64,000 nucleotides of DNA from Alphaproteobacteria bacterium (lineage in GTDB: Bacteria > Pseudomonadota > Alphaproteobacteria > UBA828): positions 1,600,001 to 1,664,000 of the forward strand of contig CBDEFM010000002.1 in the NCBI GenBank assembly GCA_965237415.1, in the 5' to 3' direction. This document shows, piece by piece, positions 19,573-30,455 of the stretch. Made by a program: the position numbers and the translations under genes. How positions within the stretch are numbered: position 1 is the stretch's first letter; every line of letters begins with the position of its first letter. Below the pieces are notes generated by a model. It was not told where the DNA came from and did no database searches. It saw only the letters and a program-made list of their open reading frames with translations.

Positions 19573-21636
19573 GTGAGCCAGTATCAGGTCTCGATCGACA
19601 TCGGCGGGACCTTCACCGACTGCGTGGTCTCGGACGGGGCGCGGCTTGCGGTGGTCAAGGCGCCCTCCACCCCGCCCGCGTTCGAGCGGGGCTTCATGGA
19701 CGCGCTCGGTCTCGCGGCCCGCGCCTTCGACAGCGATCTCGCGGACTTCCTCGCCCGCACCCGGCGCATCGTGCACGGCACCACGGTCGCCACCAACGCG
19801 CTGGTGGAGGGCCGCACCGGCGCGGTCGGGCTGATCTGCACCGCAGGCCACCCCGACGTGCTGACGCTCCGCGAGGCACCGCGCAAGCGCGCCTTCGACT
19901 GGCGGCTCGACTATCCGAAGCCCTTCGTCCCCCGCACCAGAACGTATGAAGTCCGCGGCCGGATCGACGCGCGCGGTAACGAGATCGCGGCGCTCTCGGA
20001 AGACGACGTGCATGCGGCGGTCGATCACTTCAAGCGCTGCCCGGTGGACGCGATCGCCGTCAGCCTGCTCTGGTCGGTGGTGGAGCCCGCGCACGAAGAG
20101 CGGGTGGGCGCGATTGTGGGCGAGCTCTGGCCCGAGGTGCCGGTGACGCTCAGCCACGCGCTCAACCCGATCCCGCGCGAATACCGCCGCACCATCGCGA
20201 CCGCCATCGACGCCTCGCTGCACGGCATCGTGCCCGCCTATCTGGGCCGGCTGGAGGGCGCGGTGCGCGAAGCGGGCTTCGCCGGCACGCTCCTCGTCGC
20301 CAACTGCCAGGGCGGCATGATGACGGTGGGCGAGATCGCCGCGCGGCCGATCCACGCGGTCATGAGCGGCCCGACGCTCGCCCCCATCGCCGCGCTCAGC
20401 ATTTCGGACGAGCCCGACATCGTCGTCATTGACATGGGCGGCACCACCTTCGATGTCTCGGCGATCCGCGCCCGCAGCCTGATCCGCACCAGCGAAGCGC
20501 CGATCGTGGACGACCTGCTGGGCCTGCCGAAGATCGACGTGCGCTCGGTGGGCGCCGGCGGCGGCAGCATCGCCTGGGTCGATTCCGGCGGCCTGCTGCG
20601 GGTGGGCCCCGTAAGCGCCGGCGCCGATCCGGGGCCTGCGGCTTACGGACGCGGGGGGACGCGGCCCACCGTGACCGACGCCAACCTGGTGCTGGGACTG
20701 CTCGACCCCGGCTACTTCCTCGGCGGCCGCCTCGCCCTCGATGCGGACGCCGCGCACCGCGCGGTCGGCCGGGTGGCCGACGCGCTCGGGCTCGACGTGG
20801 CGGAGGCGGCCTATGCGATCCACGTCACCAGCAACGAGAACATGATCGCGGCTATTGAGGACATCACCGTCAACGAAGGCATCGATCCGCGCGAGAGTGT
20901 TCTGGTGGCGGGCGGGGGGGCCACCGCCTGCCACATCGGCGAGATGGCCCGCGCGCTCGGCATCGACCGGTTCATGGTGCCGGGCGTCGCCGCGGGCCTG
21001 AGCGCCTTCGGCGGATTGGCCACGGACATCAGAGGCGAAGAGACGGCGACGCTCCACACCAGCAACCGCCACTTCGCCGTCGACGCAGTCAACCGCACAC
21101 TCGCCACGCTCTCGGAGCGGGCGCGGCGCTTCCTCGAGCGCGCCGGCGTGCCGGCGGCGGAGCGCCGCTACGAATACTCCTTTCAGGCCCGCTACAAGTA
21201 CCAGTCCTGGGAAATCGAGGCGCTCTTCGAGCCGGGGGAATGCGGGCTCGGGGCCGACGACGTGCCGGTGCTTTCGGCCGCCTTCCACGACATGCATGAG
21301 CGCATCCACACCATTCGGGAAGACGACGGCGAGGTGGAGTTCACGACCTGGACCGTGCGCGCCATCGGCACGGGCGGCGGCGCCGACGCAGGATGGGCCG
21401 CCACACAGGGCAGCGGAGACCTGCCCGAGCGGGGACGGCGCAGCGTTTATCTCGGCGAGGAACGAGCCTTCCGTGCGCTTCCCGCCTACGACGGCAACGC
21501 ACCGGCGGCGGGCGCGGAGATCGCGGGCCCTGCCCTGATCGACAGCGACACGACGACGATCCTGCTGCTTGCCGGCCAGCGGGCACGCACCGACTCGCAC
21601 GGCAACTTCCACATCTTCCCCGATGCGAGCGACTGA
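19573..21636 (+). CDS. Hydantoinase/oxoprolinase subunit A
   Basis: IDIGGTFTD, HGTTVATNAL, DMGGTTFDV, GAGGGSIA and PTVTDA motifs. Confidence 0.92.
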   Translation: MSQYQVSIDIGGTFTDCVVSDGARLAVVKAPSTPPAFERGFMDALGLAARAFDSDLADFLARTRRIVHGTTVATNALVEGRTGAVGLICTAGHPDVLTLREAPRKRAFDWRLDYPKPFVPRTRTYEVRGRIDARGNEIAALSEDDVHAAVDHFKRCPVDAIAVSLLWSVVEPAHEERVGAIVGELWPEVPVTLSHALNPIPREYRRTIATAIDASLHGIVPAYLGRLEGAVREAGFAGTLLVANCQGGMMTVGEIAARPIHAVMSGPTLAPIAALSISDEPDIVVIDMGGTTFDVSAIRARSLIRTSEAPIVDDLLGLPKIDVRSVGAGGGSIAWVDSGGLLRVGPVSAGADPGPAAYGRGGTRPTVTDANLVLGLLDPGYFLGGRLALDADAAHRAVGRVADALGLDVAEAAYAIHVTSNENMIAAIEDITVNEGIDPRESVLVAGGGATACHIGEMARALGIDRFMVPGVAAGLSAFGGLATDIRGEETATLHTSNRHFAVDAVNRTLATLSERARRFLERAGVPAAERRYEYSFQARYKYQSWEIEALFEPGECGLGADDVPVLSAAFHDMHERIHTIREDDGEVEFTTWTVRAIGTGGGADAGWAATQGSGDLPERGRRSVYLGEERAFRALPAYDGNAPAAGAEIAGPALIDSDTTTILLLAGQRARTDSHGNFHIFPDASD

Positions 21637-21646
21637 GGGCACCGGC

Positions 21647-23419
21647 ATGGCGCAAACCGAAGAACGCTTCGACCCGCTGCTGATGGCCGTCCTCTCCCGC
21701 CGCATCGAGGCGATCATCCGCGAGATGAGCAACACGGTCATGCGCGCGTCGCGCTCGGCGGTCATCACCAACGCGCGCGACATGTCCTGCGGTATTCTCA
21801 CCTACGACCACCGCCTCATCTCCGTCGAGGAGGCGATGCCGATCCACGTCAGCGCGCTGGAGCTCACGACCCGGCCGATTACCGAGCTCTTCGACGACGT
21901 GAAGGAGGGTGACGCCTTCTTCAACAACAGCCCCTATCACGGGGTCACACACCACGCCGACATGACCCTCTGCGTGCCGGTCTTCGCCGAGGGCGAGCCG
22001 CTCTTCTGGGTGCTCTCGCGCTCGCACCACGCCGATGTCGGCGCGCCGGAGCCCACCACCTACCTGCCCTACGCGGCGACGCTCTATCAGGAAGGCGTGC
22101 ACTTCCCCTGCGTGCGCATTCAGGAGGGGCGCGAGGACAAGGCGGACATCGTGCGCATCGGCCTGCAGAAGATCCGCGCGCCCAACGTCTGGTACGGCGA
22201 CTACCGCGCCCAGGTCGGCGCCTGCTGGATCGGCGAGCGCCGGCTGAAGGCGCTGGTGGAGCACTACGGCATCGAGACCGTCCGCGCCTTCGTCGAGGCC
22301 TGGATGGACTATGGCGCGCGGCGCGCCGCGGCTGCGATCCGGGAGCTCCCCGCCGGCACCTGGCGCTACACCTGCACTCACGACCCGATTCCCGGCGTCG
22401 CGGAAGAGGGCATCCCGATCACCGCCCAGGTCACCATCGAGCCGGAGGAGGGCTTCATCACCGTCGACCTCCGCGACAATCCGGATTGCGTGCCGGGTGG
22501 GGTCAACCTCTCCGAAGCCTGCGCGGCGGGCTCGTGCCGCATCGGCGTCTTCTACAACCTCGACCCGACAATCCCGCACAACGACGGCAGCGCGAGCCGT
22601 ATCAAGGTGTTGCTGCGGGACGGCTGCGTGGTCGGGCGGCCGACCTTCCCGGCGGGCACCTCGGTCGCCACCACCAACGTCAACGACCGCCTCATCAACG
22701 CCGTGCAGTGCTGCTTCGCCCAGATCGGCGCACCCCACGGGCTGGCCGAAGGCGGCGGTAATTTCTCCGCCGGGCTCGGCGTGATCTCGGGCATCGACGA
22801 CCGCGACGTCGAGCCGGTGCCTTATGTGAACCAGTTCTGCACCGGCCTTTCCGGCGGCCCGGGCACCCACGGCCACGACGGTTGGCTCACCTACGAGGCG
22901 CCGGACGGCGGCGGCGTGCTGGTGCTCGCTTCGATCGAGATCGACGAGGCGCAGTACCCGATCCTGATGGAGGAGCGCCGCATCGCCGGCGACACCATGG
23001 GCGCCGGCCGCTGGAACGGCGCACCGGCGACCCAGGGCGCCTACCGCTCGCTCGCAGGCCCGGTCTCGGTCTTCTATTGCAGCGACGGCGATCTGAACCC
23101 GGCCCAGGGCGTCCTCGGCGGCAAGCCGGGCGCCCCCTCCCTCAACCGCAAGCGAGAGGCCGACGGCAACTTCCACACCCTCCCCTCCTTCCACGAAGAA
23201 CGGCTTGCGCCGGGCGAGGCGATTCACTACCGCACCGTCGCCGGCGGCGGTTACGGCGACCCGGCCGAACGGGATCCCGCTGCGGTCGCCGAGGACGTCG
23301 CCCGCGGCTGGCTCAGCCAAGAGCGCGCGCTCAGCGTCCACAAGGTCGCGCTGGTCCGCGCCGCCAACGGCATCGATGTCATGGTGGACCAGGAGAGGAC
23401 GCACCTGCTCCGGGCTTGA
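21647..23419 (+). CDS. Hydantoinase/oxoprolinase subunit B
   Basis: N.PYHGVTHHAD, HHADVG and GGGYGDP motifs. Confidence 0.92.
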   Translation: MAQTEERFDPLLMAVLSRRIEAIIREMSNTVMRASRSAVITNARDMSCGILTYDHRLISVEEAMPIHVSALELTTRPITELFDDVKEGDAFFNNSPYHGVTHHADMTLCVPVFAEGEPLFWVLSRSHHADVGAPEPTTYLPYAATLYQEGVHFPCVRIQEGREDKADIVRIGLQKIRAPNVWYGDYRAQVGACWIGERRLKALVEHYGIETVRAFVEAWMDYGARRAAAAIRELPAGTWRYTCTHDPIPGVAEEGIPITAQVTIEPEEGFITVDLRDNPDCVPGGVNLSEACAAGSCRIGVFYNLDPTIPHNDGSASRIKVLLRDGCVVGRPTFPAGTSVATTNVNDRLINAVQCCFAQIGAPHGLAEGGGNFSAGLGVISGIDDRDVEPVPYVNQFCTGLSGGPGTHGHDGWLTYEAPDGGGVLVLASIEIDEAQYPILMEERRIAGDTMGAGRWNGAPATQGAYRSLAGPVSVFYCSDGDLNPAQGVLGGKPGAPSLNRKREADGNFHTLPSFHEERLAPGEAIHYRTVAGGGYGDPAERDPAAVAEDVARGWLSQERALSVHKVALVRAANGIDVMVDQERTHLLRA

Positions 23420-23501
23420 GCGTGGCAAGGCGGGGCGACGTTTGCGACGCTTTCTGCCAAGATGCGCGCCTTGTCGGTTCTGGGGCGCAGGAGGAAGCCG
23501 C

Positions 23502-24665
23502 ATGAGTGTCTGCATCGTCGGTTGGGGCCACACGGCGTTCGGCAAGCGCACGGACGCCGATACCGAATCGTTGACGCTGGAGGCCGCGCGGGCGGCGCTC
23601 GCCGATGCCGGCATCGGGCCGACGGACGTCGATGAGATCGTCGTGGGCTCCACAGGGCGCCTCGCCGATCAGGCGTTCCCCTCCTCGCTTCCGCTGCAGA
23701 TGGACGACGCGATGCGCTTCACGCCGTCGACCAATGTCGAGAACGCCTGCGCCACGGGCACTGCTGCGATCCACCAGGGCATGGCGGCGATTCGCTCGGG
23801 CCGGGCGCGCTTCGTGCTCGTCGTCGGCGTCGAGAAGATGACCGGCGCGAGCCGCGAGGAGGTGGCGAACAACCTGCTGAAGGCCTCCTACGTGAAGGAG
23901 GAAGCGCACATTCAAGGCGGCTTCGCCGGGGTCTTCGGCCTGATCGCGGAGAGCTACTTCCAGCGCCACGGCGACAAGTCCGACGCGCTCGCCGCCATCG
24001 CGGCCAAGAACCACAGGAACGGCGCGAAGAACCCCCTCGCCCACTTCCAGAAGGATTTGGGCTACGACTTCTGCCGCCACGCGTCGGACAAGAACCCGCA
24101 GGTCGCCGGGCCGCTCAAGCGCACGGACTGCTCGCCGGTCTCCGACGGCGCGGCTGCGCTGGTGCTGACCGATGTGGAGACCGCGCTCGCCATGCCGAAG
24201 GCGGTGATCTTCCGCGCCGCTTCCCACGTCAACGACTTCCTGCCGATGAGCAAGCGCGACGTGGTGCTGATGGAAGGCTGCGGCGAAGCCTGGCGGCGGG
24301 CGCTCGACCAGGCGGGGCTCACACTCGACGACCTCGACTTCGTCGAGACCCACGACTGCTTCACCATGGCCGAGCTCCTGGAGTACGAGGCGATGGGCCT
24401 CGCGCGGCGGGGCGAAGGCGCCGAGGCGATCCTCGACGGCTGGACCGAGATCGGCGGCAAGCTGCCGGTCAACCCCTCCGGCGGCCTCAAGTCCAAGGGC
24501 CATCCAATCGGCGCGACCGGTGTCTCGATGCACGTGATGAGCGCGATGCAGGTGACCGGCAACGCCGGCGACATGCAGCTCGAGGGCGCCAACCTCGCCG
24601 GTATCTTCAACATGGGCGGCGTCTCGGTCGCCAACTACTGCTCCATCCTGGAGCCGATCCGCTAA
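23502..24665 (+). CDS. Thiolase-family protein (SCP2-thiolase-like)
   Basis: ENACATG, ETHDCF and NPSGGLKSKGHPIGATG motifs; GGAGG RBS. Confidence 0.9.
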   Translation: MSVCIVGWGHTAFGKRTDADTESLTLEAARAALADAGIGPTDVDEIVVGSTGRLADQAFPSSLPLQMDDAMRFTPSTNVENACATGTAAIHQGMAAIRSGRARFVLVVGVEKMTGASREEVANNLLKASYVKEEAHIQGGFAGVFGLIAESYFQRHGDKSDALAAIAAKNHRNGAKNPLAHFQKDLGYDFCRHASDKNPQVAGPLKRTDCSPVSDGAAALVLTDVETALAMPKAVIFRAASHVNDFLPMSKRDVVLMEGCGEAWRRALDQAGLTLDDLDFVETHDCFTMAELLEYEAMGLARRGEGAEAILDGWTEIGGKLPVNPSGGLKSKGHPIGATGVSMHVMSAMQVTGNAGDMQLEGANLAGIFNMGGVSVANYCSILEPIR

Positions 24666-24712
24666 CCAAGTCCCTCGCCGCGGCCGGCGGCGACCCTGCC
24701 ACGAAGAGACGG

Positions 24713-26386
24713 GTGCAAGACATGTACGGGCGCGACGTATTCATGGAGAGCCTGCTGGCGCACGGGGTCCAGCATCTGTTCGGCAACCCCGGCACCACCG
24801 AGAGCCCGCTGATCGACAGCCTCGCCCGCTACCCGGCGATCGACTACGTGCTCGCGCTGCACGAGGTCGTCGCCATCGGAGCCGCGAGCTACTACGCCCA
24901 GGCGTGCGGCCGTGCGGGGGTGGTGAACCTGCACGTCGCGCCGGGCCTCGGCAACGCCATCGGCATGATCTTCGGCGCGCTCAGGACCAACTCGCCGATG
25001 GTGGTCACGGCCGGGCAGCAGGACACGCGGCTTCGCCTGCGCGACCCCATCCTCGGCCACGACCTGGTGGCCATGGCAGCGCCGGTGGTGAAGTGGAGCG
25101 TTCAGGCCGAGAGCGCCGACGAGATCGCGCCGATCATGCGGCGCGCCTTCAAGATCGCCCACGACCCGCCTTCCGGCCCTGTCTTCGTCGCGCTGCCCAT
25201 CAACGTGATGGAGCAGCAGACCGAGATTCAGGCCTTGGCCGCCGGCGCACTCTACCGCGCGCCGCCGCCGGACCCGGAGGGCGTGGCCGCCGTCGCCCGG
25301 CATCTGCTGGCCGCCCAGGAGCCTGCCATAATGATCGGCGACGACGTGGCGCGCGCCGGTGCCGGCGAGGCTCTCGTTGCCCTGGCCGAGACCGTGGGCG
25401 CCGGCATCTGGACCGAGCTCATCCATCAGCACCAGCCGGTCCCCAACATGCACCCGAACTACCGGGGCCGCACCCCGTCCGACCCCGCCAACATCGCGAA
25501 GACCTTCGGCGGCGCCGACCTGGTGCTCATGGTGGGCGGCCCCTTCTTCGAGGAAGTCTGGTACGCGCCGGAAGGACCGTTCCCGCCCGGTGCGACGGTG
25601 CTCCAAATCGAGGAGTCGACGGAGCGCCTCGCCCGCAACCACGGGCTCGCCGCGGGCCTGATCGCCGGGCTCAAGCCCGCGTTGGAGGCGATCTCCGCGC
25701 TGGTGCGGGAGGAGCGCTCCGCCGCCTACGCCGACAAAGCGAACGAGCGAAACCGGGTTTTTGTCACGTTTCGCGAGACGGAACAGAGGGACCGCCGTGC
25801 CCACCTCGACACCATCCGTGAGCGCCGACCCTTGCCGGTGCCGGTGATGCTGGAGGCGCTGGCGGCGGCGGTGCCGGAGGACGTGATCATCGTCGAGGAG
25901 GCGATCACCGGCAGCCCGGAGATCCCCAAGGCCTTCAGCTTCGGCGGCGCCGGCGACTATTTCTGCGGCCGCGGCGGCGGGATCGGCCAGGGGATCGCGG
26001 GTGCGCTCGGCGTGAAGCTCGCAAACCCGGACCGGCCGCTGGTGTGCCTCTCGGGCGACGGCTCGGCGATGTACAGCATCCAGGCGCTGTGGACCGCGGC
26101 GCGCCACCGGCTGCCGATCGTCTTCATCATCCTCGCCAACGCCGAGTACCGCATTCTCAAGCACAATCTCGATATCTACCGGCGGCGCTTCGACGTAGCG
26201 ACGAACCACCCCTATGTGCAGATGGACCTGGTCGATCCGCCCCTGGGGTTCGTCGAGATGGCCGCCGGCATGGGCGTCGTCGGCACCCGCGTCACCGAAC
26301 CCGACGCGCTGGCCGCAGCGGTCCGCGATGCGCTGGCCTCGGGCGCCCCGCACCTGATCGAGGTCGCAATCGAGGGCAAGGTCTAG
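24713..26386 (+). CDS. ThDP-dependent enzyme, benzoylformate decarboxylase-like
   Basis: FGNPGTTE, LHE, NLH.APGLGN and GDGSAMY...N motifs. Start at 24713 or 24722. Confidence 0.88.
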   Translation: MQDMYGRDVFMESLLAHGVQHLFGNPGTTESPLIDSLARYPAIDYVLALHEVVAIGAASYYAQACGRAGVVNLHVAPGLGNAIGMIFGALRTNSPMVVTAGQQDTRLRLRDPILGHDLVAMAAPVVKWSVQAESADEIAPIMRRAFKIAHDPPSGPVFVALPINVMEQQTEIQALAAGALYRAPPPDPEGVAAVARHLLAAQEPAIMIGDDVARAGAGEALVALAETVGAGIWTELIHQHQPVPNMHPNYRGRTPSDPANIAKTFGGADLVLMVGGPFFEEVWYAPEGPFPPGATVLQIEESTERLARNHGLAAGLIAGLKPALEAISALVREERSAAYADKANERNRVFVTFRETEQRDRRAHLDTIRERRPLPVPVMLEALAAAVPEDVIIVEEAITGSPEIPKAFSFGGAGDYFCGRGGGIGQGIAGALGVKLANPDRPLVCLSGDGSAMYSIQALWTAARHRLPIVFIILANAEYRILKHNLDIYRRRFDVATNHPYVQMDLVDPPLGFVEMAAGMGVVGTRVTEPDALAAAVRDALASGAPHLIEVAIEGKV

Positions 26387-26408
26387 TCGCCGCTTCGCGG
26401 CATTTTCG

Positions 26409-26525
26409 ATATCCCTCAATCGCCGGGCGCTCGGATTTCGCTCCCGCGCGCGTATCCGCGCGACGCTCGCTTGGCTACGCGCCAGGGGCGCGCGGCGCAG
26501 TCGCGCCGTCCGGGCCTGCGGCCCG
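26409..26525 (+). repeat. GC-rich palindromic intergenic repeat, copy 2
   Basis: Same termini as 8914-9003 and 63690-63807. Confidence 0.8.
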
Positions 26526-26592
26526 CCGCCCCCCTCGACGTGGCGCGTCTTTACCAGCACACTCCCCGCGCGGTTCCGGGCGGGAGTTGGTA

Positions 26593-28695
26593 ATGGCAGG
26601 TACGAACGCGGGGGTTCGAATCGGCGTCGATATCGGCGGCACCTTCACCGATATCGTGCTGGAGCGCGGGCCTGAGCGGATCACGGCGAAGGTGCTGACG
26701 ACGCCCGACGCGCCTGAGGAAGGGGTGCGCCAAGCCCTCGCGCAGGCGATGAAGGCCTGCAGAGTCGCGCCCGCGGACGTTGCACTGGTTATTCACGGCA
26801 CCACGCTCGCCACCAACGCGCTGATCGAGCGCAAGGGCGCACGGACCGCGCTGGTGACGACGGAAGGCTTCCGCGATTCCATCGAGATGGGGACGGAGAG
26901 CCGCTTCGAGCAGTACGACATCGACATGGAGAAGCCGGTGCCGCTGGTGCCGCGGCAGTGGCGCTTCCCCATTCCCGAGCGGCTCGACGCCTCGGGCGAG
27001 CCGATCCTGCCGCTCGACGAGGCGGCGGTCGAAGCCACGGCCGCAAGGCTCGCCGCCGAGGGGATCGAGAGCGCGGCGATCGGCCTCCTGCACTCCTACG
27101 TCAACCCGGCGCACGAGCGCCGTGTGCGCGCGATCCTGCAGGATGCGCTGCCGGACCTCGCCATCACGCTCTCCTCGGAGGTCTCGCCGGAGATGCGCGA
27201 GTACGAGCGTTTCTCGACCGCCTGCGCCAATGCCTACGTTCAGCCGGTGATGGCGCGCTACCTGCGCAACCTGGAGGACGGTCTGAGGGACGCGGGCTTC
27301 CGCTGCCCGCTCTTCGTCATGCTCTCCGGCGGCGGCGTCGCCGACATCGGGACGGCGATCCGCTTCCCCATCCGCCTCGTCGAATCCGGGCCGGTGGGCG
27401 GCGCCGTCTTCGCGAGCCACATCGCCCGGCAATGCGCGCTCGATCGCGTGCTCTCCTTCGACATGGGCGGCACGACCGCCAAGATCTGCCTGATCGACGA
27501 TGCTCAGCCGCGGACGGCACGGGCCTTCGAGGTCGCCCGCGCCCATCGCTTCCTCAAGGGCAGCGGGCTGCCGCTCCGCATCCCCGTGATCGAGATGGTG
27601 GAGATCGGCGCGGGCGGCGGCTCCATCGCCGTCGTCGACCGGCTCGGCCGCATCGCCGTGGGGCCGGAGAGCGCGGGCGCCCAGCCGGGGCCGGCCTGCT
27701 ACGGCCAGGGCGGCACCCGGCCCACGGTCACCGACGCCGATCTCGCGATGGGGCGAATCGACCCCGCCGAGTTCTCGGGCGGGCGCATCGCGCTCGACGA
27801 GCAGGCGGCTACGGATGCGCTCACCGCCGGGGTCGGCGCGCCGCTCGATCTGGAGCCGCAGATAGCGGCGCTCGGGGTCAGCGAGATGGTAGGCGAGAAC
27901 ATGGCGAGCGCTGCGCGCGTCCACGCCATCGAGATCGGGGCCACGCTCGGCGAGCGCACGATGATCGCCTTCGGCGGCGCAGCCCCGCTGCACGCGGCCC
28001 GGCTCGCCGAGAAGCTCGACATGGACCGCATCCTCATCCCGACGGCCGCAGCGGTGGGCTCGGCGGTGGGCTTCCTCCGCGCGCCGGTCGCCTACGAGGT
28101 GGTGCGCAGCGCCTATCAGGTGGTGAGCGCCTTCAACCCCGAGACGACCAACCGCGTGCTGGAGGAGATGCGGTCCGAGGCCGCCGCCATCGTCGCGCAA
28201 GGAGCGCCGGGCGCCGCCACGCAGGAGCACCGCGCCGCCTACATGCGCTATCTCGGCCAGGGGCACGAGGTCGTCGTGCCGCTGCCCAACCGCACCTGGG
28301 CGCGGGAGGACACCGCCATCATCCGCGACGCCTTCGAGTCTGCTTACGAAGCGCTCTATGGGCGCATCATCCCGAAGCTCGACCTCGAGATCGTGAGTTG
28401 GTCCGTCGGCGTGAGCGCCGTGCCCGAGGCCGTCGCCCCAGTCGACTCGCCGGCTCCAGCGGCCGCGCCGCCGGCGCGGGGGGTGCGGCCCGTGCTCGAT
28501 CCGGGGAGCGGCCGCGTGGTCGAGGCGGCGCTCTATCGCCGCGCGGATTTCACCGCCGGCGCCCGTGTGGACGGGCCTGCGCTTATCGTCGAGACTGACA
28601 CCACGGCAGTGGTGAGCGCGGCCTTCACCGCCTCGGTCGATGCGCTGGGCACGATCGTGATGGAACGCCGGCCGGCTCAAGGGGAGGACGCCTGA
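26593..28695 (+). CDS. Hydantoinase/oxoprolinase subunit A (second copy)
   Basis: GVDIGGTFTD, HGTTLATNAL, DMGGTTAK and EIGAGGGSIA motifs. Confidence 0.92.
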   Translation: MAGTNAGVRIGVDIGGTFTDIVLERGPERITAKVLTTPDAPEEGVRQALAQAMKACRVAPADVALVIHGTTLATNALIERKGARTALVTTEGFRDSIEMGTESRFEQYDIDMEKPVPLVPRQWRFPIPERLDASGEPILPLDEAAVEATAARLAAEGIESAAIGLLHSYVNPAHERRVRAILQDALPDLAITLSSEVSPEMREYERFSTACANAYVQPVMARYLRNLEDGLRDAGFRCPLFVMLSGGGVADIGTAIRFPIRLVESGPVGGAVFASHIARQCALDRVLSFDMGGTTAKICLIDDAQPRTARAFEVARAHRFLKGSGLPLRIPVIEMVEIGAGGGSIAVVDRLGRIAVGPESAGAQPGPACYGQGGTRPTVTDADLAMGRIDPAEFSGGRIALDEQAATDALTAGVGAPLDLEPQIAALGVSEMVGENMASAARVHAIEIGATLGERTMIAFGGAAPLHAARLAEKLDMDRILIPTAAAVGSAVGFLRAPVAYEVVRSAYQVVSAFNPETTNRVLEEMRSEAAAIVAQGAPGAATQEHRAAYMRYLGQGHEVVVPLPNRTWAREDTAIIRDAFESAYEALYGRIIPKLDLEIVSWSVGVSAVPEAVAPVDSPAPAAAPPARGVRPVLDPGSGRVVEAALYRRADFTAGARVDGPALIVETDTTAVVSAAFTASVDALGTIVMERRPAQGEDA

Positions 28696-30455
28696 TGAAC
28701 GGCACGACCGACTCCGGGCTCGCGCAAATCCAGACGCAGATCATGTGGAACCGCCTGATCTCGGTGGTGGAGGAGCAGGCGCAGACGCTGCTCCGCACCG
28801 CCTTCAGTACCACTGTGCGGGAAGCGGGCGACCTCTCCGCCGGCGTCTTCGACACCGAGGGCCGGATGCTCGCCCAGGCGGTCACCGGCACGCCCGGCCA
28901 CGTCAACTCGATGGCCATTGCGGTGCAACACTTCCTCGCCCGCTACCCCAACGAGGCCATGCGCGAGGGCGATGTCTACATCACCAACGACCCGTGGCTC
29001 ACCTGCGGCCACCTGCACGACCTCACGGTGGTGACACCGGTGTTCCGCGAAGGCCGGGTGATCGGCTCCTTCGCCTGCACCGCGCACGTGGTCGATATCG
29101 GCGGGCGCGGCTTCGGGCCCGATGCGCGCTCCGTGTTCGAGGAGGGCCTCTACATCCCGATCATGCCGCTCTGCCGCGAGGGCCGGATCAACGAGGACCT
29201 GCTGGAGATGGTGCGCTGGAACGTGCGCGAGCCGCTCCAGCTCGAAGGCGACGTCCACTCGCTGATCGCCTGCAACCGCGCCGGCGCCGACCGGCTGCTC
29301 GCCATGATGGACGAGTTCGGACTCACCGATCTCGACGGGCTCGGCGAGGAGATCGTCGAGCGCTCGCGCACAGCCACGCTGGCCGCCATCGCCGAGCTGC
29401 CCAAGGGCACCTACCGCAACAAGCTCACCATGGACGGCTACGACGAGCCGATCACGCTGGCCGCCGCCATGACCATCTCGGGCGAAGGCATCCACGTCGA
29501 CTTCACCGGCACCTCGCCCGCCAGCAATCACGGCATCAACGTGGTGCTCAACTACACCACCGCCTACACGAGCTTCGGCCTCAAGTGTATCGTGGCGAAG
29601 GACATTCCCAACAACGCGGGCTCGCTCGCGCCGCTCACGGTGTCGGCGCCCGAAGGCTCGATCCTCAACGTGCCCCGGCCCTGGCCGGTCGCCGCCCGCC
29701 ACGTCATCGGCCACATGCTGCCGGACCTCGTGTTCGGCTGCCTGCATCAGGCCATTCCCGACCGGGTGCCGGCGGAGGGCGCGGCCTCGCTCTGGATCGT
29801 GCAGTTGCGCGGCGGGGCGACGGCGATCGACAGCGAGGCCCGGCGCAACGCGGCGTTCGACCCGCCGGAGTTCGAGGTCGCTCTCTTCAACTCGGGCGGC
29901 GCCGGCGCGCGGCCCACGAAGGATGGGCTCTCTGCGACGGCCTTCCCGAGCGGCGTGCGCACCATACCGGCCGAGGCCACGGAGATCGTGGCGCCGATCG
30001 TCATCTGGCGGAAGGAGCTCGCGGCGGACACCGGCGGTGCCGGATCGCTGCGCGGCGGGCTCGGCCAGGTGATCGAGATCGGCGGCGTCGACGGCGCGCC
30101 CTTCAGCGTGCTCGCGCAGTTCGAGCGTATCCAGCATCCGGCGCGCGGCCGGGGCGGCGGGCTCGACGGTGCGCCCGGCACCGTCGAGCTCGACGACGGC
30201 ACAAAGATGCGCGGCAAGGGGCAGCAGACGATCCCGCCCGGCCAGCGCCTCAAGCTGGTGCTGCCCGGCGGTGCCGGCTACGGCGACCCGCGCCGCCGCT
30301 CGCCCGAGGACGTCGCCGCCGACGTGCGGAACGACATGGTCTCGCCCGAGGCCGCGCGGCGGGACTACGCCGTTGCCGTCACGCCAAACGGCGCTCTCGA
30401 CCAGGACGCCACCCTAGCCCTTCGCGGGGCGGGAGCGGCTGCGGGCGCCGAATAG
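28695..30455 (+). CDS. Hydantoinase/oxoprolinase subunit B (second copy)
   Basis: TGATG overlap with subunit A; TNDPW..GHLHD, HVVDIGG and GGAGYGDP motifs. Confidence 0.92.
   Translation: MNGTTDSGLAQIQTQIMWNRLISVVEEQAQTLLRTAFSTTVREAGDLSAGVFDTEGRMLAQAVTGTPGHVNSMAIAVQHFLARYPNEAMREGDVYITNDPWLTCGHLHDLTVVTPVFREGRVIGSFACTAHVVDIGGRGFGPDARSVFEEGLYIPIMPLCREGRINEDLLEMVRWNVREPLQLEGDVHSLIACNRAGADRLLAMMDEFGLTDLDGLGEEIVERSRTATLAAIAELPKGTYRNKLTMDGYDEPITLAAAMTISGEGIHVDFTGTSPASNHGINVVLNYTTAYTSFGLKCIVAKDIPNNAGSLAPLTVSAPEGSILNVPRPWPVAARHVIGHMLPDLVFGCLHQAIPDRVPAEGAASLWIVQLRGGATAIDSEARRNAAFDPPEFEVALFNSGGAGARPTKDGLSATAFPSGVRTIPAEATEIVAPIVIWRKELAADTGGAGSLRGGLGQVIEIGGVDGAPFSVLAQFERIQHPARGRGGGLDGAPGTVELDDGTKMRGKGQQTIPPGQRLKLVLPGGAGYGDPRRRSPEDVAADVRNDMVSPEAARRDYAVAVTPNGALDQDATLALRGAGAAAGAE

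Noticed and set aside
26044-26592. N-terminal extension on the second hydantoinase A
   Set aside because: It overlaps the upstream gene and a repeat element; family similarity begins at ATG26593.
19408-30137. Very long antisense or alternate-frame ORFs (e.g. 19408-21801, 21341-23653, 24662-26560, 26551-28680)
   Set aside because: Shadow ORFs of GC-rich genes; they overlap well-supported CDSs and have no recognisable motifs.
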